From the IMG/VR virus record IMGVR_UViG_3300025653_000130, positions 1 through 33,806 of that record: a stretch of 33,806 nucleotides of DNA. One strand, 5' to 3'. Origin of the DNA: a virus (Duplodnaviria; Caudoviricetes). A program made the translations under genes and the position numbers. Below, piece after piece: positions 1-8,838 of this stretch (positions within the stretch are counted from its first letter, which is position 1; every line of letters starts with the position of its first letter). The notes beneath the pieces are model-generated. The model was not told where the DNA came from and did no database searches. It was given only the letters and a program-made list of their open reading frames with translations.

Positions 1-136
1 GACTGGTGTGTACATTAGCCAAGACCATACCCAAGATAATGGTAGTTGTACTACCCGGTGCTGTGTATAGGTCTTCTGGAGTACCGCTAGATGCTGGCAT
101 AACGTCATGCGATACAACTTTGAATGTGTTAGCCAT
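1..136 (-). CDS. Partial (N-terminal) small tail/virion-associated protein, MANTFKVVSHDVMPASSGTPEDLYTAPGSTTTIILGMVLANVHTS...
   Basis: ATG at 136 with an upstream GAGGG RBS and its own consensus promoter. The frame is open to the window edge and follows the fibre gene ending in ALAIALG. Confidence 0.75.
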   Translation of the reverse strand, partial: MANTFKVVSHDVMPASSGTPEDLYTAPGSTTTIILGMVLANVHTS

Positions 137-157
137 AGATTATCCCTCTTCGGATAT

Positions 158-186
158 ATTATACGTTATTAATCGTTGATTGTCAA
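158..186 (-). promoter_or_regulatory. sigma70-type promoter, perfect consensus
   Basis: Minus strand TTGACA (186-181), 17-bp spacer, TATAAT (163-158). Confidence 0.85.
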
Positions 187-188
187 GG

Positions 189-1943
189 TTAACCCAACGC
201 AATTGCAAGGGCTGTTGCTTCGTTAGCAGCATCTGCAGCAGTTACGGCACCGATATCGGAAATAACTTCTGATGTAGACCTGCTCTCAAGGCCGTTAGCT
301 GTGAACCGTGCGTACTCATCGTCTGCGACTGACGCACTGTCAATCTTTACAGCATTGGTATTTGATATACCGAATGTCAGTGAAGCCTGACCACCGATAT
401 CCGATAGGACTTCTGCAGTTGACCGGCTTTCCAATCCACTGGCTGTGAACCGTGCGTACTCGTCATCGGCTACGGAAGCACTGTCGATTTTGACAGCGTT
501 CGTGTTTGAAATGCCAAATGTCAGAGATGCCTGTCCGCCGATGTCAGACAGTACCTCTGCCGCAGACCTACCCTCAATGGCTGTGCCATCAATACGAAGG
601 AAGTCGTTGTCAGCAGCACCGCTGGTGAACGTAGCTACATTGCCGCTACTGATGCCGGTATCGGTTACTGCTGCCGTGCCCAGACCCAGAGAAGTACGTG
701 CGGTAGAGCCGGACTCTGCTACAAAGTTACTGCCGTCACCCACGATAAAGTTGCCGTTGGTTACGGCAAGGCCAGCTACATCCTGAAGCTGCTGGTCGAG
801 TCGTGCATTAGCTACGGTACCGGACAACTGGCTGGCATCAATAGTCTTGTTAGTCAGTGTTTGAGAGCCGGACAGCGTGGCTACGGTGCTGTCGATTGCA
901 ACAGTCAGGGTGTTGCTCGAACCAGACGTATCGATGCCGGTGCCACCAGCAATGTCGAGGGTCTCACTGTCGAGATCGATGCTGAGTGCGCCGCCACTGT
1001 CGCCCTGAAAATCCAAGTCAGAAGCAGTCACCTGTGCATCTACGTAAGCCTTGATAGCTTTGGCTGATGCAAGGGTAGTGTCCGTCCCAGCAACACTCGA
1101 CAGGTCCGTGTCGAGTACACCTGACTTGAGGTTGTCCACTTCGATGTTTGACACTGTGTTGTTGTCAACGTCGATTGTTTTGTTTGTCAGGGTCTTTGTG
1201 GTTGCAGCGAAGTATGTGTCGAAAGTGTCAACTGTGGTCTGCCGCATAGTGCCAGCGTCGTTGGTTACGAGACCGTCACCACCGGCTACGGCTGTCGTCC
1301 CAGCAGATGTGCCGCCGTCCATCAAGTTGAGTTCGGCAGCGGTGGCTGTTACCCCATCTAGGATGTTCAGTTCAGCGGCAGTAGATGTCACACCGTCTAG
1401 GATGTTCAGTTCAGCGGCAGTAGACGTTACCCCATCTAGGATGTTGAGTTCTGCTGCTGTGGACGTAACGCCATCTAGGATGTTGAGTTCTGCTGCCGTA
1501 GACGTTACCCCATCTAGGATGTTGAGTTCTGCCGCAGTCGAGGTTATGGCCGTGCCGTTGAAGTTGATGGCATCTACATAAGCCGTTCCATCGATATAGA
1601 GGTCCTTAAATTCTTTGCCCGACGAACCCAGATCGATATCGTTGTCAGTTGTCGGCTCAATCACGCCATCCTTAAAGACGACCTGTTCGGTGGACGTACC
1701 TGATACGTCTACACTTACTTCGATCTGATTGTTGGGGTTGTCAACAACGACCTTGTTCTTTGGTGTGGTTTCGCCCGGATCACCAATGAGTCCGATGACC
1801 GGACCCTCTGCTGCCGTGCCATCGTGCTTGTGGCCGCTAGTGTTGACGAACGCAGCAAGAACCTGATCAAATTCGTTATTACTATGCGCGGCGGTGATAG
1901 TATCGCCGTCAGAGTAGGACGACTGTCTAGTGTAACCTGCCAT
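189..1943 (-). CDS. Tail fibre / tail-associated structural protein with internal repeats
   Basis: 584 aa, rich in G/S/T/A/D. Lies directly downstream of the tail nozzle gene. Has an N-terminal GHKHDG motif, TLTNKTID motifs and tandem repeats. Confidence 0.7.
   Translation of the reverse strand: MAGYTRQSSYSDGDTITAAHSNNEFDQVLAAFVNTSGHKHDGTAAEGPVIGLIGDPGETTPKNKVVVDNPNNQIEVSVDVSGTSTEQVVFKDGVIEPTTDNDIDLGSSGKEFKDLYIDGTAYVDAINFNGTAITSTAAELNILDGVTSTAAELNILDGVTSTAAELNILDGVTSTAAELNILDGVTSTAAELNILDGVTATAAELNLMDGGTSAGTTAVAGGDGLVTNDAGTMRQTTVDTFDTYFAATTKTLTNKTIDVDNNTVSNIEVDNLKSGVLDTDLSSVAGTDTTLASAKAIKAYVDAQVTASDLDFQGDSGGALSIDLDSETLDIAGGTGIDTSGSSNTLTVAIDSTVATLSGSQTLTNKTIDASQLSGTVANARLDQQLQDVAGLAVTNGNFIVGDGSNFVAESGSTARTSLGLGTAAVTDTGISSGNVATFTSGAADNDFLRIDGTAIEGRSAAEVLSDIGGQASLTFGISNTNAVKIDSASVADDEYARFTASGLESRSTAEVLSDIGGQASLTFGISNTNAVKIDSASVADDEYARFTANGLESRSTSEVISDIGAVTAADAANEATALAIALG
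250..610 (-). repeat. About 2.5 copies of a 144-bp (48-aa) coding repeat
   Basis: GTGAACCGTGCGTACTC occurs at 301 and 445. The peptide unit RSxxEVLSDIGGQASLTFGISNTNAVKIDSASVADDEYARFTAxGLES is repeated. Confidence 0.9.
1311..1544 (-). repeat. Six tandem 39-bp (13-aa) coding repeats, TSTAAELNILDGV
   Basis: Five identical peptide units plus one degenerate unit (TATAAELNLMDGG). CATCTAGGATGTT or CGTCTAGGATGTT recurs every 39 bp. Confidence 0.95.
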
Positions 1944-1946
1944 GTG

Positions 1947-3470
1947 TTATCTCCTCCCTCCCGGAGTAAATTCTAGTTGGTAGCCTTTGACTGAAATGGG
2001 GGCTGATCCCTGTGTGTCGTCTAGGCGTACCGCTACTGTAAATCCGCCGCCCTCAACGCTCTGTCGTACCAGCGGTGTTCCTGATGATCCGTACACTGCG
2101 GTGCCATATGTCGATGCGGCTAGGCCGTACAGAGCAATGGCTGCACCAGTTGTCAGGTCATACTCTGCTGGCTGCGGAACATCTGACGAGTTGAAATCGT
2201 AACGAATACGAAACTTGGAGTTGACTGCGCCGTCGTTATCGTAGTTCCAGATGATACGCTGCATCAACTTGCGGATACCGGCATCTCCCATCGTGTAGTC
2301 AGGAGAGCGATATATTGCGGTTATGTTGGTACCATCGAAGGTGTTGCCCGACTCTTGTTTGTAGATGTAGCCGTCGTAGCCGCCGTGCAAGATCGTTTCT
2401 ACCCCACTGATAAAACCTGACGCACAGCAGGAAGGTTTGATTCCCTTGAGATCAGAGTATTCCCAACCTATGCCGCCCTCTGTGCCACCCTTGATAACTC
2501 CGATTATACCCAAAGCTGCAGCATCTGACTGTGCATCCGTAGGGAAAAACAGGCGGTACTGAGTCTTGCCACGTATGACGAGAGATGAAAGTCTCTCTGT
2601 AGATACGTTATCTAGACGAGGCTGTATCTGCTTTGACACGGTGCCAAGTTCAACGTCACCAATTCTTTCCGTACCCGCAATCGTACGCAGTCCGTCAGGC
2701 GCAAGGTAAACAATGTCACCCGATATCTCTTGGATGCTGAAACCGTCTACACAGCCGATCTTTCTTGTGACTGGCACAACAGCAAAATCTGACGAACTAG
2801 AACCTGTGATCTTAAAGATAGAGTCTTCACAGAATACAAAGAGACTTTCACGGAAAACCTTGATGCCTTTGATAGTGCCGTCAACTTTGATTGATCCAGC
2901 ATTATTACTTGCAGAAAAATCAGTCTCATCAAACGGAGCGGTAAACACTAACTCCTGCGGACTCGCAGACATACCTGCAAAAAAGACGTGGCTTCGAAAT
3001 ACCTCTACAAACGCAGGATTAGCAGGTGCGCCCGAAGCATTTAAGTCAGCAACACTGGTGTTGTTAAACGACGAAGCACTATTTGCCCCGTCCACCATAA
3101 TCATCTTGTCTGTGCCATCGAAGTTGAAGTTGACAAAGTTGTACCGTCCGGCACTCGTGCGCCCTGTGTCTATTTCTGTCCACGATCCGGTTGCGCCGCC
3201 CTTGAATACCTTTGTGCCCCGCGCAGCGATGACCTGATCTTTGTAAATGTGTAAGCCAAGAACCTTTTCACTGGATGCGCTAGTCTGTGGTACAATGTTC
3301 GAATTAAACTTGGCAAATCCGTTGATGCGCCGGTATCCGCCGTTGATATCAGGCTCAAAGTTTTGCAACTGTGTAGCTGCGCCGGGGGGTAGGGTAAAGG
3401 CATCCTTGTCTAGTACCAAGCCACCGCCTAGCTTCACAACAAATGGGCTGAGTAGTGAAGTATCTGGCAT
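1947..3470 (-). CDS. Tail tubular protein B / nozzle (packaged-DNA stabilisation-type beta-propeller)
   Basis: 507 aa and beta-rich. Translationally coupled (TGATG) to the adaptor gene, in the standard podovirus order. Confidence 0.7.
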   Translation of the reverse strand: MPDTSLLSPFVVKLGGGLVLDKDAFTLPPGAATQLQNFEPDINGGYRRINGFAKFNSNIVPQTSASSEKVLGLHIYKDQVIAARGTKVFKGGATGSWTEIDTGRTSAGRYNFVNFNFDGTDKMIMVDGANSASSFNNTSVADLNASGAPANPAFVEVFRSHVFFAGMSASPQELVFTAPFDETDFSASNNAGSIKVDGTIKGIKVFRESLFVFCEDSIFKITGSSSSDFAVVPVTRKIGCVDGFSIQEISGDIVYLAPDGLRTIAGTERIGDVELGTVSKQIQPRLDNVSTERLSSLVIRGKTQYRLFFPTDAQSDAAALGIIGVIKGGTEGGIGWEYSDLKGIKPSCCASGFISGVETILHGGYDGYIYKQESGNTFDGTNITAIYRSPDYTMGDAGIRKLMQRIIWNYDNDGAVNSKFRIRYDFNSSDVPQPAEYDLTTGAAIALYGLAASTYGTAVYGSSGTPLVRQSVEGGGFTVAVRLDDTQGSAPISVKGYQLEFTPGGRR

Positions 3471-4132
3471 CAGACGGCCCTCATGTAATCCTTACGGTTA
3501 ATTAACTCAATACGCATACGAGACAAGCCCTCCGTGTAGTCACGAAGAGCAAGCTGTGAGAACTGAACATCTGAGCGAAGCATGTGTGTGTAGTAACGAG
3601 CGCGGTTCACAATCACATCGTGGAAGCGTTCCGGAATGGTGGGTGTGTCTGTGTTTGCTGCCATGTCACTTACTGTTTTATAATAGTAGTACCTGACTGT
3701 GTACGTAGACGCATCGGGCACAGGAGACAGACCCAGCTTTTGATCTGGTGTTTTATATATAAATTCCGGCACGGCGCGTGAGCCTGTATCGGGGTTTGTG
3801 TCAGCCTCATTGCGTCGATCTAGGTACTCGTTAAATGAAAGATACCTCAATTTCTTTTCTGCTGTTGAGGCAGACTCTTGCACGGTAAAGCTATCATAAT
3901 TGACCGTCTTCGCATTCGACTCCCTAGCGTACTCTGCGGTTCCAGCAGTAGTCGTGAACGACTGACTAACAACAGTAAACGGCCACTCTATCTCTGAGTT
4001 GATGATGTCGCGCTGGGCTTTGTTGATGAAGTCCTTCACCGATGTTTGAATACCGCGTGTCGAAGAGACTGTGGTGATTTCCACCTCGTTGATCTCTCGT
4101 AGTACAGCATTGATAAGTTCTAGGAATGTCAT
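3470..4132 (-). CDS. Tail tubular protein A / head-tail adaptor
   Basis: 220 aa. Has the MTFLELINAVLRE start and the PTIPERFHDVIV motif typical of podovirus adaptors, supported by synteny. Confidence 0.75.
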   Translation of the reverse strand: MTFLELINAVLREINEVEITTVSSTRGIQTSVKDFINKAQRDIINSEIEWPFTVVSQSFTTTAGTAEYARESNAKTVNYDSFTVQESASTAEKKLRYLSFNEYLDRRNEADTNPDTGSRAVPEFIYKTPDQKLGLSPVPDASTYTVRYYYYKTVSDMAANTDTPTIPERFHDVIVNRARYYTHMLRSDVQFSQLALRDYTEGLSRMRIELINRKDYMRAV

Positions 4133-4143
4133 CTCAATACCCG

Positions 4144-4350
4144 TTAAGCTTCGCTATCCAGAACTGCAAGTGCTGCCAACTTGTCCTCAGCATCCGCCCA
4201 AGCTTGGACCGCCTTGTCCATTTCTTCAAGCAAATCCGGATGTTCACCGATAGCAGCAGGATTGTTCGTGTAATTCGCATATACAAAGAGTGCATCTTTT
4301 TGCTGGGCCTCGTACTTGTGCTTTAATGCTTCGTAGGCAAGTCGTTTCAT
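4144..4350 (-). CDS. Small helical hypothetical protein (IGEHPD motif)
   Basis: ATG at 4350 follows a GGGAG RBS and the promoter at 4370-4398; 68 aa. Confidence 0.75.
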   Translation of the reverse strand: MKRLAYEALKHKYEAQQKDALFVYANYTNNPAAIGEHPDLLEEMDKAVQAWADAEDKLAALAVLDSEA

Positions 4351-4369
4351 GTCGGTCTCCCTGTAGAGC

Positions 4370-4398
4370 ATTATACACCTATTTTAACAGTTTGGCAA
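4370..4398 (-). promoter_or_regulatory. sigma70-type promoter for the tail genes
   Basis: TTGCCA (4398-4393), 17 bp, TATAAT (4375-4370). Confidence 0.75.
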
Positions 4399-4402
4399 GG
4401 AC

Positions 4403-5101
4403 TTATTTCTTTTGTGACTCGCGGATTGCTTTGAATGTTTCTTGGATGCTTGGTGGCTTGGTATCGTTAGGCTCATACTTACACTGAAACTCGCGGGGGA
4501 ACCACTCGTCCATACGAAAAAACAACGTGTCCACCGTGTTGTTTACGCCGTGATATACGCACACCCTCTGCTTGTCTACGGTGGTGCAACCCTTCAATCG
4601 GCACGTCACGTACTCTGGCTCTGCAGCGTTAGCAACTTGACCCTTCATAAAGACGACGAAGGCGTATAGGGCTGCGGCACCTGCAGTAACTACCAGTATC
4701 CACGCTACAATCTCTACGAACTTCTGCCTGCGTTCACGCTGCTTGTAGAGTGTTTCCTTGCGCTGCTTACGTATCTGGCCTTCCATTGCCACAAGCGAGT
4801 CCCACTTAGACTTGCCCATCGTCAAGGAAATCCACTGTTGCAGTTCGTATCGCTGCTGCTTTGCCTTTTCCTTGTTGGCGAAGGCGGCTATGGCTTCCTG
4901 CTCCACCGTCTGTCCAGCAAACAACTTCTTGAATATTGGCGGGTTCTTGGCTTCCTTCTCCGCCTGCTCCAAGTCAGACATGGCACCCATCCAGCGTGAC
5001 AGGTCACCCGCCATCTGTTCGATATCCCGACCTACGGCAAAACCCTTCTTGATTGCAGAAAAGGCTGCCGAAGCAGTTGCCATTGCGGAAATGGGGTCCA
5101 T
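4403..5101 (-). CDS. Hypothetical membrane protein (coiled N-terminus, one TM helix, Cys-rich C-terminal domain)
   Basis: Start reassigned to MDPISAMATASAAF (TGATG overlap at 5101). Hydrophobic segment IVAWILVVTAGAAALYAFVVF. Confidence 0.75.
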   Translation of the reverse strand: MDPISAMATASAAFSAIKKGFAVGRDIEQMAGDLSRWMGAMSDLEQAEKEAKNPPIFKKLFAGQTVEQEAIAAFANKEKAKQQRYELQQWISLTMGKSKWDSLVAMEGQIRKQRKETLYKQRERRQKFVEIVAWILVVTAGAAALYAFVVFMKGQVANAAEPEYVTCRLKGCTTVDKQRVCVYHGVNNTVDTLFFRMDEWFPREFQCKYEPNDTKPPSIQETFKAIRESQKK

Positions 5102-5289
5102 CAATATACTTTCGTGTTGTTGTCGATTAGTTTTGGTAGACAGTAGGAGGTTATCTTTTCTCCCTGTTTGTGTAGGGCTTGTGCGTACCAAACACAATCA
5201 TTGAGATCAGCGAAGTACATGTCATTGCTGACCATCTTCTTGTCTTCCCCCGTGCCCAAGAAAACGAACAGGAGAAAGACGTGTTTCAT
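5101..5289 (-). CDS. Small hypothetical protein with hydrophobic N-terminus and two Cys
   Basis: 62 aa with start and stop overlapping both neighbours. Confidence 0.7.
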   Translation of the reverse strand: MKHVFLLFVFLGTGEDKKMVSNDMYFADLNDCVWYAQALHKQGEKITSYCLPKLIDNNTKVY

Positions 5290-5492
5290 GTAAAGACTAC
5301 AGGTCTTCCTCGCCTCATGTACTCTTGCGCTTTTTCACTAGGGTACTCCGGACGTTCAATTCCCTTGCCCTTGTCCTCTTGAAACTGACGAATTGCACCG
5401 GGAAGAGTTTTGCGATGTTCTTCTATTTCTCTGCGGAAATTGATCCCTCCAGATTTCTCAGCACTTTCAGCAGCCATGCGCCCCTTTGCCAT
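5286..5492 (-). CDS. Hypothetical protein
   Basis: 68 aa, coupled to the lysozyme stop (TGATG) with an AAGGAG RBS. Confidence 0.6.
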   Translation of the reverse strand: MAKGRMAAESAEKSGGINFRREIEEHRKTLPGAIRQFQEDKGKGIERPEYPSEKAQEYMRRGRPVVFT

Positions 5493-5977
5493 CAGAATTC
5501 TCCTTTGACCATCGCATCCGAAAGCTTAGTGGCCCGCGAACCGACTTGTTTCGCCCACCTCGAATCGAGCATCTCCCGTCCTGCGTCGTCGAACTTCCGT
5601 TCGTGAATCGCATTCCACATGCGCTTGAATTTACAGAGGCGGGGTACACCCATGTTAAAGGCCATATCCATCAAGATAAGCTGACGTACTGCGTCGAGGT
5701 CTTCTACGCACTTGTGTACGCGGCACAACTCGTCTTCCACAATCTTCATGTCGTTCATTGCAAGATACCGGGCATCAGCCTCTGTGATGCCGTGTTCGTA
5801 TACGACAGCCATCGACGGGATGTCCATGTGGTCGAGTTCTTCCTTGCTGATACCACGATCCTTGAGATTGCGTCCGATACCAATCGTGTCGATGCCCAGC
5901 GTGTCCTGATAGACAGTGAGGACCATGCCCTCGTGTGCAATCAGTTTGTCTAGGAAGTGTGAGGTGTTATACTTCAT
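5492..5977 (-). CDS. Endolysin, T4-lysozyme-like muramidase (GH24)
   Basis: HEG...YQDTLGIDTIGIGRNL (E-x8-D-x5-T triad), DMAFNMG and DSRWAKQVGSRA motifs. Start reassigned to MKYNTS. Confidence 0.9.
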   Translation of the reverse strand: MKYNTSHFLDKLIAHEGMVLTVYQDTLGIDTIGIGRNLKDRGISKEELDHMDIPSMAVVYEHGITEADARYLAMNDMKIVEDELCRVHKCVEDLDAVRQLILMDMAFNMGVPRLCKFKRMWNAIHERKFDDAGREMLDSRWAKQVGSRATKLSDAMVKGEF

Positions 5978-6203
5978 CGCTATGTTTCCTGCTTTCGCCC
6001 TTGTTTTCTCCGCCCATCCAGATACCAAACGCACCTGTCATGGCTCCCATTACAACGCTTACAAACGCGGACTGTGCTGCAGTGGGGCTGTCCAAGTTCA
6101 TAAACCACTCTGCACAACGCCAACTCATCAACGTCATCACAAGCATCATAAACCGGGGGAGTATCTTCCACTTTGAGATGCGTTCAAATGTTACGTCAGC
6201 CAC
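5967..6203 (-). CDS. Two-TM membrane protein, holin/antiholin candidate
   Basis: GTG start at 6203, two hydrophobic helices, immediately upstream of the endolysin. Confidence 0.6.
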   Translation of the reverse strand: MADVTFERISKWKILPRFMMLVMTLMSWRCAEWFMNLDSPTAAQSAFVSVVMGAMTGAFGIWMGGENKGESRKHSDEV

Positions 6204-6205
6204 GC

Positions 6206-6595
6206 CTATTTCTTTCCGAAGAACTTCGTTGCGCTTCGTACGCCAAAGCTTGCAGCAACAATAACGCCCAAGCTGTACTGGTACCATTCAGGCATTTGCT
6301 CCAGTTGTTGAAATCCGTGTGAGACGACATCTTCCATACCCGGTATAAACGCTAGGATCAGGGGAACAGAAAACAAGATCACCAGCCACTCATCCTTCCA
6401 CGAGTTCTGACTACCCTTGATCGCTTCCAAGTCCCAGTCTATTTCACCTGTTGCTTTCTTTTCCATGATGACCGCTTCGGCTTTTGCCATCGCGACCTTC
6501 GCACCTGTTTCGGCTTTGGTCTTTTCGACCTTGCCCTGTAGCCATGTGCCAGCTAGTTCAGAAATCGGACCTATCAGTAGGTTTAACATTTCCAC
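6206..6595 (-). CDS. Putative holin (3TM-holin-like membrane protein)
   Basis: SWKDEW followed by a TM, then MPEWYQY followed by a TM, and a basic C-terminus. Located in the lysis cassette. Confidence 0.6.
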   Translation of the reverse strand: MEMLNLLIGPISELAGTWLQGKVEKTKAETGAKVAMAKAEAVIMEKKATGEIDWDLEAIKGSQNSWKDEWLVILFSVPLILAFIPGMEDVVSHGFQQLEQMPEWYQYSLGVIVAASFGVRSATKFFGKK

Positions 6596-6867
6596 CTCTT
6601 CCGTGCTTGGCGAAGACGACTATTCGGATTCTTCGCTGCCTTCGGGAACTTCTTCATCTGTCCTGCAGAGCGGGCACAGAACGACTTGCGACGTTTTGCT
6701 GCCTTGCTTCCGGGCTTTACTTTGCCCGTTACTGCAGTCTTGAGTTTGCTGCCGGGGTTCTTCTTGCGGTATGCAGCCACCCCAGCCTTCGTCATACCAG
6801 CACCCTTCTTCGTAGGGCGAAAGTTCTTCTTGTTGCGGGCGGGCATGTTATCAGGCTTTCTTGCCAC
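6583..6867 (-). CDS. Small Lys/Arg-rich protein (RRKSFCARS...RWKC type)
   Basis: 94 aa, highly basic, overlapping both neighbours. Confidence 0.8.
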   Translation of the reverse strand: MARKPDNMPARNKKNFRPTKKGAGMTKAGVAAYRKKNPGSKLKTAVTGKVKPGSKAAKRRKSFCARSAGQMKKFPKAAKNPNSRLRQARKRWKC

Positions 6868-7099
6868 TGGACTTCTTCCTTTTTCTGCCCGAAGCTGTCA
6901 CAGACCAGTTCACTTTGCGTGGTCCGGTCTTCTTTGCTGCTTCTTTCTTGGTTATACGCTTGGCAACTTTGGCTGGCCTACATGCAGGGTAGGGCCTCTT
7001 CTTCTTTTCTGATCCGGAGCGACCACACTTCTTGCCGGTCTTTACATCCCGCCAGTCTTCCTTGAACCATTTCGTTAAGCCGCCCTTCGGTTTAGCCAT
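6851..7099 (-). CDS. Small Lys/Arg-rich protein (GLTKWFKEDW...CGR...YPACRP type)
   Basis: Start reassigned to MAKPKGG (TAATG overlap at 7099). Confidence 0.8.
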   Translation of the reverse strand: MAKPKGGLTKWFKEDWRDVKTGKKCGRSGSEKKKRPYPACRPAKVAKRITKKEAAKKTGPRKVNWSVTASGRKRKKSSGKKA

Positions 7100-7278
7100 T
7101 AGGCATACGTCCCGCCACGCTTCTTGTATGTGCGAACAAGCCAAGCATTTGCATATGCGCTTGGGTAAACATCAAATTTCTTCTTTGCTTCTGCTTTTAC
7201 ACGAGAGTAGAGAGCCTTGTTCTTAGGCGTAGGGCTGCCCGACTTCTTCTTTGGTTTGGGCGGTGCTTTACGTGCCAT
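7099..7278 (-). CDS. Small Lys-rich protein, 59 aa (not in the ORF track): MARKAPPKPKKKSGSPTPKNKALYSRVKAEAKKKFDVYPSAYANAWLVRTYKKRGGTY A
   Basis: ATG at 7278 with a GGGGA RBS; TAA overlaps the next ATG. Confidence 0.8.
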   Translation of the reverse strand: MARKAPPKPKKKSGSPTPKNKALYSRVKAEAKKKFDVYPSAYANAWLVRTYKKRGGTYA

Positions 7279-7304
7279 AGGTGTATCCCCCGCAAAGGTT
7301 ATTG

Positions 7305-7333
7305 CTTATAACATGAATTGAGTAAGGAGTAAA
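7305..7333 (-). promoter_or_regulatory. Probable sigma70 promoter with extended -10, restarting transcription after the capsid terminator
   Basis: TTTACT, 17 bp, TG-t-TATAAG. Confidence 0.5.
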
Positions 7334-7359
7334 GGGGGCAAGTTGCCCTGCCCCCAAAA
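7326..7359 (-). terminator. Rho-independent terminator after the capsid genes
   Basis: GGGGGCA/TGCCCCC stem (7334-7355) followed by TTTACT on the minus strand. Confidence 0.7.
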
Positions 7360-7362
7360 GTA

Positions 7363-7815
7363 TTATGTACCCGTAGTTACGGAAGCAGTCTGCTTAGGAC
7401 CTGTTCCGATATCGCACAGGATGGCGATAACGCGGAAGCGTCCTGCAGTCACGCCTGCACCCAGTGCCTTAACCTGAATGGCGTCAGCAGCAATAACAGT
7501 ATTGATGCCTGCAGCCTTGAGGTTAAACTGGTAGATGGCGTCAGCGTTTCCGTCAACACCGTCAGCAAAAGCGTCGATGTCAGTGCTGAGACCCACATCG
7601 TAGGTCAAGCCTGAACCGCCTGCTTCAAGAACGTCGATACATCCGCCAATAACCATTGTATTGTCCGGAACATCGATCATCTGAACGACATCGTTAGCTG
7701 ACAGGTTCTGGTCAGCAGCATCGAAGATGCGAGACTGGACCATGTAAGGCCGGGGAACATTGCCGGGATGTCCGACAGTGCCGCCACCGGGAATGGTATG
7801 ATTGTAAGTAGTCAT
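7363..7815 (-). CDS. Minor capsid / decoration protein
   Basis: 150 aa, beta-rich, directly downstream of the MCP with a strong GGAGG RBS. Confidence 0.6.
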   Translation of the reverse strand: MTTYNHTIPGGGTVGHPGNVPRPYMVQSRIFDAADQNLSANDVVQMIDVPDNTMVIGGCIDVLEAGGSGLTYDVGLSTDIDAFADGVDGNADAIYQFNLKAAGINTVIAADAIQVKALGAGVTAGRFRVIAILCDIGTGPKQTASVTTGT

Positions 7816-7830
7816 TTACTTAACCCTCCC

Positions 7831-8808
7831 CTACGCAAAGTCGATGACGCCGCGAACGACAGCTTCTGGACGCAGAACTTTGCGACCAAAAACGTGCAGA
7901 CCACGAATTACGTCAGAGAACGACTCAGTTGAACGAACCACTTCGGTCTTAGCAATGTGCGAAGCAGTGGAGGTGGACGACATGTGACCTGCGAGAACAA
8001 CATTCTCAGAGGCATCAGTTGCCACACCAGACAGAGTTACCTGATCGGTGCCTGCTGTCGAGTTGAGTGCGGTGGACTTGTAGCAGCGGAAACCAGCAAG
8101 GGTGCCCGGTACAGCAAGACCGTTACGCAGTGGTGAAGTACCATCGCCGGTTACCTGAACTTCAGCCATTTTATTACCGGCTTGGAACATCTTCTCGTAG
8201 AAGATCGGCGGTGCTACGAACCAGCGATTCTCTTCCGGCACAGACTGATCGTCAAGCGAACGTGCCATCAGCAGCATCAGGTTGATGCCTGCATCGTCGG
8301 TTTCTACGTTGATTGGAGCGGATGCTGTACCCAGAGCAGAGTTGGTAGTGGTCAACCCGCCGGAGAGTGAAGCATCGTCAGCACCTGCAATGCCTGCACC
8401 ATCTGACATGGCTTGCAGAACATTGGCGTCGTACTTACGCTTCAGGGCAAATGCACCGGATGAGGTAGCAAGTGCTTCGAAGTTTACGTGCGAGTGCCGC
8501 TCTTCGATGTCGTCGATCTTAAACGCGAAAGCGTTTGCATTATCGACAACCATCGTGATTTGATCGTCAGCCAAGTCTTGTGCGTTTACAACGGAACCCC
8601 GTGTGTATGCACTGACAGTGACTGTTGGTTCTTTGATGATGCGAACCGTGTCGCCAAAGTTTTCAATTTCGCCCGCGTAGTCGGTGTTTGTAATGTCTTC
8701 TACAACCGAAGCACGACGGAAGAACTTGAGAACCTTTTGGCTGAAAATTTCCGGTGCGAAGTTACCGGAAGGCAGGTTTGCGTAACCTGCAGCAGTACCA
8801 AATGCCAT
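7831..8808 (-). CDS. Major capsid protein
   Basis: 325 aa. NFAPEIFSQK, ITNTDYAGEI..GDTVRI and FSDVIRGLHVFGRKVLRPEA motifs. Follows the scaffold gene and has an AGGAAGGA RBS. Confidence 0.92.
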   Translation of the reverse strand: MAFGTAAGYANLPSGNFAPEIFSQKVLKFFRRASVVEDITNTDYAGEIENFGDTVRIIKEPTVTVSAYTRGSVVNAQDLADDQITMVVDNANAFAFKIDDIEERHSHVNFEALATSSGAFALKRKYDANVLQAMSDGAGIAGADDASLSGGLTTTNSALGTASAPINVETDDAGINLMLLMARSLDDQSVPEENRWFVAPPIFYEKMFQAGNKMAEVQVTGDGTSPLRNGLAVPGTLAGFRCYKSTALNSTAGTDQVTLSGVATDASENVVLAGHMSSTSTASHIAKTEVVRSTESFSDVIRGLHVFGRKVLRPEAVVRGVIDFA

Positions 8809-8838
8809 TGGTTCTTTCCTTCCTTCTTGAGGTTAAGG

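Noticed and set aside
1311-1544. 39-bp periodic repeats as a CRISPR array
   Set aside because: There are no unique spacers. The units are in-frame coding repeats that vary only at synonymous positions.
7363-8808. T7 10A/10B-style frameshift or readthrough from the MCP into the 150-aa gene
   Set aside because: No slippery site is evident, and the downstream gene has its own strong GGAGG RBS and ATG.
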